Positions 33,863 to 40,000 of a stretch of DNA of 40,000 nt are shown here, one piece after another. Position 1 is the first letter of the stretch. Each line of letters begins with the position of its first letter. The notes beneath the pieces are model-generated. The model did no database searches. It was given only the letters and a program-made list of their open reading frames with translations, and was not told where the DNA came from. Origin of the DNA: Chromatiales bacterium (lineage in GTDB: Bacteria > Pseudomonadota > Gammaproteobacteria > Chromatiales > Chromatiaceae). The stretch is taken from contig JANQLO010000081.1 in the NCBI GenBank assembly GCA_028280505.1, forward strand, positions 14,614 to 54,613, written 5' to 3'. The position numbers were made by a program, and so were the translations under genes.

Positions 33863-34238
33863 GTGTTGTCTCGCTGCATGGGATGAGTACGAGTGAGTGT
33901 AAGCGTGCCCCGAAGCGAAATTCCTCGTATTACACGGTCGATTCCGGGTGTCCGGCGTGCGAGCTAGCGCAACAAACAGTGATGACTCGCACGTGACCAT
34001 GGTTTTCCCGGATGTTGCAGACTGGTTTGCAAGCTGCCATGCATGGCAAAAAACTGTCGAATTACTTTACATTTCGGCAATGCGATTAAGGAATTAAATT
34101 CTCTGAAAGTAGTTAAGTCATTGAGAAATATAACTCCTCATAGCGCCTGGCCTGTTATATGCGTGGAATTTCGCACTGCGTCAGGCGTTTTGTAGTCGAA
34201 GGGTTTAGAGATGCCCAATCAGCGGTGGGAGGTGTTGT

Positions 34239-34376
34239 ATGCAAAGACGAACCATATGTGTGCCGATCAATAGTCCGGCGTGGGTACATTACGTACAAGA
34301 GGGTTGGGTCGAGCTTAGGGTCGAAGGGATGTGGGTGACCTTGGCGCAGCCTTCGGAGCTGTCGGCCATGCGTTAA
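34239..34376 (+). CDS. Possible 45-aa small ORF in the AT-rich spacer (speculative)
   Basis: Below the ORF-track size cutoff. GGGAGG at 34227-34232, 6 nt before the ATG. Translates to MQRRTICVPINSPAWVHYVQEGWVELRVEGMWVTLAQPSELSAMR. Its TAA shares a TTAA with the stop of the convergent gene. Confidence 0.2.
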   Translation: MQRRTICVPINSPAWVHYVQEGWVELRVEGMWVTLAQPSELSAMR

Positions 34377-34845
34377 TCAGTCTGGTTAGATGCACGAATA
34401 TTTGTGTGATGCAGACGAGAACGAACCAGGACAGTGCCAGATAAAGCGGTCAAGCATCGAGCGCGGCGACAGGCACGAACTGTAAAAGACAGCCCGAGCA
34501 ATAGCGTAAGGATGGTGGTAGGCCAGTAGATGATACCGATCCTTTGGTCGTGACTCCCGAGGAGCGACCAAATACCGGCGAAAATGAAAACCCATCCGCT
34601 GTTGCTGCGGGTAACACGAGTAATACGCAGCCGGTAAACCCCATTTCCTGTAACGCATAAATGCCTACGGCGATTGCCGAGAAGCAGAGCGAAAACCAAA
34701 AGAGTATCCAGATGCCTCGGCGTTCGGTTTGTAAGCGGTTGCGTTGGGCCGCCTGATTGAGCACGGCCCATACTGTCCCCAACGTAACCGTGAAGACGGC
34801 GAGCACGAATCCGGCCCAAGCTGCGGTTACGATCCCGGATCCCAT
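34373..34845 (-). pseudogene. Small 4-TM membrane protein gene, apparently split by a frameshift
   Basis: ORF 34450-34845 is helix-like only in its first ~80 aa (IVTAAWAGFVLAVFTVTLGTVWAVL, IWILFWFSLCFSAIAVGIYAL, FTGCVLLVLPAA). ORF 34373-34819 is helix-like only in its last ~70 aa (GWVFIFAGIWSLLG, IGIIYWPTTILTLLLGLSFTV). The two frames meet near 34590-34610. Confidence 0.4.
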
Positions 34846-35016
34846 GGTTTTCTCAAACCTTTGTTGTGGTTGATGTATCCGGTAGCGCTGTAAACAGCGT
34901 AGGTTCTCTCACCGGGCGGGTAAAGTCGTCCCGAAAGACTCAGTCCTTAATTACCCACGGTTTCTGTCGCTATAGCCGTAACTACCGTCTGACGAGGGTG
35001 CTCGGGGCGTAAAAGT

Positions 35017-36018
35017 ATGGCGAGGGAGCCTTTAGACACGAGTTGGTTTGAGAATTTCGATGATACGGCGGTCGGTCAGTTGGATGCCGACAGCACGTGT
35101 TTTGGATTTTTAAGGGAGGTTGTCGATTCCGTTACCGATCACATTGCAGTGATCGATCGGGTCGGTAACATTTGCTTTACCAACCGCGCCTGGGTCGTTT
35201 TTGCCGAGCACAACGATTGTGCAGTGACCGAGCAATGGCATGGGATCAATTACCTTGCGGCTTGCGATACCGCCGCTGCTGCCGGAGATGAGTTTGCCGC
35301 TAAAGCAGCGAGCGGTATTCGTCAGGTGATCGGCGGCGCCGGGCATTATTACCTCGAGTATCCCTGCCACAGTCCCGATGAACAGCGATGGTTCATGATG
35401 CGCGTGACCACCTTCGACTTTCATGGCACGCCGTATTTCGTGGTCTCTCACCAGAATATTACCGAACGCAAACTTGCGGAAGAGAAAATGCGGGCGTTGT
35501 CGCGTATCGATGGTTTGACCGGCCTGCCGAACAGACGACGTTTTGATGAGTTCTTTCGAGAAGAATGGCGACGCTGCCGCCGTTTAAGACAACCCGTTTC
35601 ACTTGCCATGATCGATATCGATCATTTCAAACGTGTTAACGATACCTACGGTCACCAGCATGGCGACGATTGCCTTGTAAGCGTTGGCAAGGCGGTTGCG
35701 CAATTTGCGCATCGCCCCACGGACCTGTGTGCCCGCTACGGTGGAGAGGAGTTTGCACTGGTGTTCGGCAACAGCAGGGCGGAGCAATTGCTTGGATTGA
35801 TCGACGAACTCATGGGTGCCGTTCGTCGTCTGCGATTATCGCAAGGCGCGCCGTCAAGCGGTCCTTGTATAACGGTCAGTGTCGGATTGGCGACCATGTA
35901 CCCCGATCGACAGACCGGCGAAAACGAACTGCTGACCGTGGCCGACCGTCACCTACTGGCGGCCAAGACGGGCGGGCGCGATCGTCTTGTCTGGGACGGA
36001 TCCGCTGCACCAACCTGA
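35017..36018 (+). CDS. PAS-domain diguanylate cyclase (GGDEF)
   Basis: 333 aa. PAS core (ITDHIAVIDRVGNICFTNRAW...FVVSHQNITERK), GGDEF domain (DGLTGLPNRR, IDIDHFKRVNDTYGH, active site RYGGEEF) and an I-site RPTD five residues upstream. Confidence 0.9.
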   Translation: MAREPLDTSWFENFDDTAVGQLDADSTCFGFLREVVDSVTDHIAVIDRVGNICFTNRAWVVFAEHNDCAVTEQWHGINYLAACDTAAAAGDEFAAKAASGIRQVIGGAGHYYLEYPCHSPDEQRWFMMRVTTFDFHGTPYFVVSHQNITERKLAEEKMRALSRIDGLTGLPNRRRFDEFFREEWRRCRRLRQPVSLAMIDIDHFKRVNDTYGHQHGDDCLVSVGKAVAQFAHRPTDLCARYGGEEFALVFGNSRAEQLLGLIDELMGAVRRLRLSQGAPSSGPCITVSVGLATMYPDRQTGENELLTVADRHLLAAKTGGRDRLVWDGSAAPT

Positions 36019-36161
36019 ATCCGCGAGGCAAGGATGCCGAATTCCCTTAACGCTCATGAACTTAAAGTTATTCAACCGCAGTCGTTAATACTGAAGACGG
36101 CGGCGTCGTGCGTTATCTGTGCGGTGGCGTCCGTCTTTTCATGTGCCGGTTGGAGAGGGAA

Positions 36162-37253
36162 ATGAAACAAACAGAAAAAACCCTCCTCGAACAAATGCGG
36201 GTTACCGATTTCGAGGTTGTACATCGCAAAGGATTGTTTTCACTAAACGATCAGGATGTTTTGGCCCTGAAAGCGGCCAAACCCATCATCGATGTCCATA
36301 TCGATGCGCTTGTCGATAGCTTTTATGGGCTGCAAACGGCCGTCCCCGAGATTGCGTTATTGATTGGGGATTCGGACACGCTGAGCCGTCTTCGTAATGC
36401 GCAACGCCGCTATGTGCTCGATTTGTTTCGCGGGCTCTATGATCTCGATTACGTCAACAATCGTTTGCGTATCGGTTTGGTGCACAAGCGTATCGGTGTC
36501 GAGCCCAAGTTGTATCTTGCAGCTATCTATACTCTCAAAGGCCTGTTGGAAGACGTGTTGTCGCAAAACCTTCCCCAGGGCGAGGAACGGGATGGTGTGC
36601 TTCAGGCGTTGGAAAAACTCCTGTTTTTCGACGTGACGCTGGTTTTCGATACCTATATCCGCAGTCTGTTGTCGGAAATCGAGATCTCGCGGCAAAAGTC
36701 CGATCAATATGCCCGTGCGCTCGAAGACGAGGTATCCGAACGTACCCGGCAACTCGAATTGCTTTCACGAACCGATCCTTTGACGGGTTTGCTCAATATG
36801 CGGCATCTGCCGGATTTGCTGACCACTGCGCTGCGATCGGCGCAGCGTCGCTCCGAGCCCGTTTCGTTCATCTATATCGATATCGACGATTTCAAAATGA
36901 TCAACGACACCAAAGGGCATCGCCGGGGTGACGAGATACTACGCATCGTGGCGGAGGCGATAAGTTATGTGTCGCGCAAGGAAGACAGTTGTTTTCGTTA
37001 CGGTGGCGACGAATTCTGTGTCATTCTGCCGAATTGTGTCGAACGCAACGCTCGCGATATCTACGTGGATCGATTGAAAGAGGAGATTGTAACCAAGGTC
37101 GCCGGTCTTACATTGAGCGTTGGGGTCGTCCAAACGGGGCCCGACGAGTATGCGGAGCCGGAAAGGCTGATTGAGTTGGCCGATCGGCGCATGTATGCGG
37201 AAAAGCAGGCAAACAAGCCAGAGGAGCGAACGCTCGATAGTGTCGCGCAATGA
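36162..37253 (+). CDS. Globin-coupled-sensor diguanylate cyclase (sensor globin plus GGDEF)
   Basis: ORF 36108-37253 trimmed to ATG 36162, behind GGAGAGGG. N-terminal sensor-globin signature (VDSFYGLQ..., NRLRIGLVHKRIGVEPKLYLAAIY). C-terminal GGDEF (DPLTGLLNMR, IDIDDFKMINDTKGH, RYGGDEF, I-site RKED). Confidence 0.85.
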   Translation: MKQTEKTLLEQMRVTDFEVVHRKGLFSLNDQDVLALKAAKPIIDVHIDALVDSFYGLQTAVPEIALLIGDSDTLSRLRNAQRRYVLDLFRGLYDLDYVNNRLRIGLVHKRIGVEPKLYLAAIYTLKGLLEDVLSQNLPQGEERDGVLQALEKLLFFDVTLVFDTYIRSLLSEIEISRQKSDQYARALEDEVSERTRQLELLSRTDPLTGLLNMRHLPDLLTTALRSAQRRSEPVSFIYIDIDDFKMINDTKGHRRGDEILRIVAEAISYVSRKEDSCFRYGGDEFCVILPNCVERNARDIYVDRLKEEIVTKVAGLTLSVGVVQTGPDEYAEPERLIELADRRMYAEKQANKPEERTLDSVAQ

Positions 37254-37368
37254 CAACCGGCCTGGCGGTTCGTTGATTCGTGGTCTAGATTGATTTCTGC
37301 CCATCCAACTTTGGTATCTGGCCGGTCCGATTCAGCTCGGAACACGGACCGGTTGGCGGAGAACCATC

Positions 37369-37746
37369 ATGGCCACCCAATTTAATCCCGTCGGCTGGTT
37401 CGAAATCCCGGTAATCGATCTCGACCGGGCCAAGGCTTTCTACGAACACGTTTTCGATTACAGGCTCGAACTTCACCAGATGGGTGATGTCATGATGGCT
37501 TGGTTTCCCATGCATGAGACAGCGATCGGGGCGACCGGCAGTCTGGTGAAGGGCGAGGGCCTGCAACCGTCGTCGTCGGGTATCGGCATCTATTTCAGTA
37601 CACCCGATATCGAGCTGGCACTGGCGCGGGTTCGCGAAAAAGGCGGCACCGTCATCACGGAGAAAACCAGCATCGGCGAGCACGGCTTCATCGGCATGGC
37701 CGAGGATACCGAAGGCAACCGCATTGGTTTGCATTCGCATACCTGA
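37369..37746 (+). CDS. VOC-family (glyoxalase/bleomycin-resistance fold) protein
   Basis: 125 aa. WFEIPVIDLDRAKAFYEHVF start and a C-terminal GNRIGLHS, typical of small VOC proteins. Confidence 0.82.
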   Translation: MATQFNPVGWFEIPVIDLDRAKAFYEHVFDYRLELHQMGDVMMAWFPMHETAIGATGSLVKGEGLQPSSSGIGIYFSTPDIELALARVREKGGTVITEKTSIGEHGFIGMAEDTEGNRIGLHSHT

Positions 37747-37798
37747 CGGCGCTACACGCTAACCACCGTTATTTTTTGGACCGATTGTCCGAAATTTG

Positions 37799-37830
37799 AC
37801 GCCTGCCGCTGCGGCGACGGCAGGCGTTTG
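37799..37830 (+). terminator. Strong hairpin after the VOC gene (terminator-like, short T tract)
   Basis: ACGCCTGCCG-CTGCGGCGA-CGGCAGGCGT forms a 10-bp perfect stem, followed by TTG. Confidence 0.45.
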
Positions 37831-38006
37831 AGGGTCTGTCGGTTTGAACTTGTGCGCTGGCCTGCTACACCTAAAGGACGCTCTAGTGTTTCGATGCTTC
37901 CATCGCCTGTCCGGGTACGATCATCGAGAGCGTGTAAACACACAAAACAACCAAGCAAAAAACAAACGCGGTCAACGCGTTGGTCTGCCAATCGAAGGAG
38001 GTTTCC

Positions 38007-38477
38007 ATGCACAGAGCCTTGCATATCGACCCAGGCAAATGCACCGGGTGCTTGCAATGCGAGATGGCGTGCTCGTACGAAAACGAAGGCATCTTCAATC
38101 CGTCCAAGTCGCGCATCAAGGTCTTCACCTTTCACGAGGAAGGGCAGTTCGCGCCATACACCTGCACCCAATGCGCCGAGGCATGGTGTCAGAAGGCCTG
38201 TCCGGTCGATGCCATCCAGATCGATGCCAACACGGGGGCGAAGGTGGTCGTCGAGGCGCGTTGCGTCGGTTGCAAGGTCTGCACCATTGCCTGTCCCTTT
38301 GGCACGGTGAACTACAGCTCGGCGACCGGCAAGGTCATCAAATGCGATCTGTGCGGTGGCGATCCGGCGTGTGCCAAGGCTTGTCCGACGGCGGCGATTA
38401 CCTATATCGATGCCGATTGGACCGGTTTGGACAAGATGCGCGCCTATGCCGGCCAGAGTTTGGCCGGCACTGCCTGA
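38007..38477 (+). CDS. Poly-ferredoxin electron-transfer subunit (four 4Fe-4S motifs), AorA-like
   Basis: ORF 37980-38477 trimmed to ATG 38007, behind AAGGAGG. Motifs: CTGCLQCEMAC, CTQCAEAWCQKACP, CVGCKVCTIACP, CDLCGGDPACAKACP. Confidence 0.85.
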   Translation: MHRALHIDPGKCTGCLQCEMACSYENEGIFNPSKSRIKVFTFHEEGQFAPYTCTQCAEAWCQKACPVDAIQIDANTGAKVVVEARCVGCKVCTIACPFGTVNYSSATGKVIKCDLCGGDPACAKACPTAAITYIDADWTGLDKMRAYAGQSLAGTA

Positions 38478-38495
38478 GCGACGAGGAGAAACACC

Positions 38496-40000
38496 ATGGC
38501 CTGGACCAGAAAGATTCTGCGTGTCGACCTCAGCGCCGGCACCTGTATTCCCGAAGCGCTCAACATGGCTTGGGCGAACGAATACCTCGGCCAGCGCGGG
38601 CTGGCGACCAAATATTTGGCTGAAGAAATCGATCCCACTTGTGATCCGTTGGGACCGGAAAACAAGATGATCATGGCGACCGGGCCATTGACCGGCACCA
38701 TGGCATCGACCGGCGGTCGCTATTCGGTGATCACCAAAAGTCCGTTGACCGGTTTGGTCGCCTGTTCCAATTCCGGCGGTTTTATCGGTGCCGAGATGAA
38801 AAACGCCGGATGGGACATGATCATCTTCGAAGGCAAGGCACCCGAGCCCGTGTATCTCTACGTCGAAAACGACAAGGCGGAATTGCGCTCGGCAGCCGAT
38901 CTGTGGGGAAAATCGGTTTGGGAAGCCGACGAGCTGCTGCATAAAAAACATCAAGATGCACAGCTGCGCATCGCCTGTATCGGCCGATCTGCCGAGGCCG
39001 GTTGCCTTTATGCAGCGGTGATCAACGATTTACACCGTGCCGCCGGTCGATCCGGCGTCGGCACCGTCATGGCGTCGAAAAACCTCAAGGCGGTCGCGGT
39101 ACGCGGCACCCTGGGGGTCGGCAACATCGATGATCCCAAGGCCTTCATGGATGCGGTCAATGCCGGCAAGCAGGTGTTGGCCGAGAATGCGGTGACCGGT
39201 CAGGGGCTGCCCACCTACGGCACCCAGGTGTTGATGAACGTGATCAACGGTATGGGCGCGATGCCGACCCGTAACATGCGCGAGGTGCAGTTCGAAGGGG
39301 CCGAGAACATCTCGGGTGAGGCGATGCATGAACCGCGTGCGAGTGACGGCAAACCGAATCTGACGACCAACGCCGGTTGTTTCGGTTGCACCATCGCCTG
39401 CGGCCGTATCTCGACCGTCGACAAGGGGCATTTCAGCGTCAAGAACAAGCCGGAGTACTGGGGCAACTCGGGTGGCCTGGAATACGAGGCGGCCTGGGCC
39501 TTGGGTTCGGATACCGGCGTCGACGATCTCGATGCGCTGACTTATGTGAACTTTCTCTGTAATGAAGACGGTATCGATCCGATCTCGTTCGGCGCAACGG
39601 TCGCAGCGGCCATGGAGCTGTATCAGGCGGGCGCGATTACCAGGGAAACCACCGGCGGGATCGATCTCTCGTTCGGCGGTGCCGATGCCTTGGTCAAGAT
39701 GGCCGAGTTGACGGCGACTGGTGAGGGCTTCGGCAAGGATCTCGGGCTCGGCTCCAAACGTCTGTGTGAAAAATACGGTATGCCCGAGCTGTCGATGACG
39801 GTGAAGAATCAGGAGTTCCCGGCCTACGATCCGCGCGGGATCCAGGGTATGGGTTTGGCCTATGCGACCTCGAATCGCGGTGCTTGCCATCTGCGTGGCT
39901 ACACGGTCGCGTCCGAGGTATTGGGTATCCCGTTCAAAACCGATCCGTTGGTCACCGACGGCAAGGCCGAGTTGGTCAAGGCCTTTCAGGATGCGACCGC
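38496..40000 (+). CDS. Tungsten-type aldehyde:ferredoxin oxidoreductase catalytic subunit (AOR family, AorB-like), partial; continues past the right edge
   Basis: Absent from the ORF track because it is open at the edge. My translation from ATG 38496 (GAGGAG at 38483-38488) reads MAWTRKILRVDLSAGTCIPEALNMAWANEYLGQRGLATKYLAEEIDP...MATGPLTG...GGRYSVITKSPLTG...RAAGRSGVGTVMASKNLKAV...CFGCTIACGR...EYEAAWALGS...NQEFPAYDPRGIQGMGLAYATSNRGACHLRGY..., i.e. the AOR N-terminal and catalytic domain motifs. Confidence 0.9.
   Translation, partial: MAWTRKILRVDLSAGTCIPEALNMAWANEYLGQRGLATKYLAEEIDPTCDPLGPENKMIMATGPLTGTMASTGGRYSVITKSPLTGLVACSNSGGFIGAEMKNAGWDMIIFEGKAPEPVYLYVENDKAELRSAADLWGKSVWEADELLHKKHQDAQLRIACIGRSAEAGCLYAAVINDLHRAAGRSGVGTVMASKNLKAVAVRGTLGVGNIDDPKAFMDAVNAGKQVLAENAVTGQGLPTYGTQVLMNVINGMGAMPTRNMREVQFEGAENISGEAMHEPRASDGKPNLTTNAGCFGCTIACGRISTVDKGHFSVKNKPEYWGNSGGLEYEAAWALGSDTGVDDLDALTYVNFLCNEDGIDPISFGATVAAAMELYQAGAITRETTGGIDLSFGGADALVKMAELTATGEGFGKDLGLGSKRLCEKYGMPELSMTVKNQEFPAYDPRGIQGMGLAYATSNRGACHLRGYTVASEVLGIPFKTDPLVTDGKAELVKAFQDAT

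Noticed and set aside
34386-34658. Third overlapping minus-strand ORF (90 aa) in the membrane-protein locus
   Set aside because: Its translation is neither hydrophobic nor motif-bearing. It is explained as a by-product of the two frames discussed in the frameshift finding.
37831-38006. Possible Moco/tungsten-cofactor riboswitch upstream of the AOR genes
   Set aside because: The context would fit, but I could not recognise the conserved Moco-motif core by eye. It needs a covariance-model scan and is kept only as a check under the AOR finding.
37752-38954. 400-aa minus-strand ORF overlapping the AorA-like and AOR genes
   Set aside because: Its translation is Arg/Gly/Ala-rich low-complexity sequence typical of an antisense shadow in high-GC DNA. 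The plus-strand frames carry unmistakable ferredoxin and AOR motifs with good Shine-Dalgarno sites.
39030-39890. 286-aa minus-strand ORF inside the AOR gene
   Set aside because: Same reasoning: a shadow ORF antisense to a clearly recognisable AOR coding frame.
1-40000. CRISPR arrays, tRNA/rRNA genes, IS elements, integrases, and long direct or inverted repeats
   Set aside because: Scanning intergenic regions by eye showed no repeat-spacer periodicity, no cloverleaf-like conserved tRNA boxes and no transposase- or integrase-like ORFs. The paired families (two SCO1-like, two DsrE-like, two GGDEF, ATP-grasp genes) are diverged paralogues, not DNA repeats. A computational repeat and tRNA scan would be needed to be certain.

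Overview
High-GC, densely coding proteobacterial chromosomal window, almost entirely C1 and organosulfur metabolism. All calls come from reading the translations and DNA by eye; no database search was run.

Gene content, left to right:
- (-) MFS transporter (partial), TetR regulator.
- (-) A tight operon: SCO1, fused FdsG/FdsB, FdsA (NAD-linked formate dehydrogenase), a small Fe-S protein, a secreted hypothetical, and type II NADH dehydrogenase.
- (+) A periplasmic copper and methanethiol module: DUF2946-like protein, PCu(A)C fused to a DsrE-like domain, an SBP56-family methanethiol oxidase (mtoX) behind a perfect sigma54 promoter, a SCO1-like/MauG fusion, and a TlpA-like thioredoxin.
- (-) OsmC, a FadL-type outer-membrane channel, and an orphan GcvH-like protein.
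- (-) fhcD-fhcC.
- (+) A long H4MPT and methanofuran island: mptG, mtdB, ATP-grasp, mch, mptN, CitG-like, fae, a PTPS-like multidomain protein, an antisense HisA-like gene, MfnD-like, MfnF-like, pabB, an amino-acid-kinase-like gene, and a secreted DsrE-like protein.
- Small hypotheticals, a pterin carbinolamine dehydratase-like gene, and an AT-rich spacer.
- A lower-GC stretch with two diguanylate cyclases (PAS-coupled and globin-coupled), then a VOC protein.
- An AorA/AorB-type tungsten aldehyde:ferredoxin oxidoreductase that runs off the right edge.

I saw no rRNA, tRNA, CRISPR array or IS element.

Best candidates for something new:
- The methanethiol oxidase surrounded by an unusually complete copper-maturation and sulfur-handling gene set, including the PCuAC-DsrE fusion.
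- The physical co-location of every step from methanethiol to CO2.
- The multidomain PTPS-like protein, which has a Ros/MucR-like zinc-finger signature.
- A GcvH-like gene carrying a compensated double frameshift.
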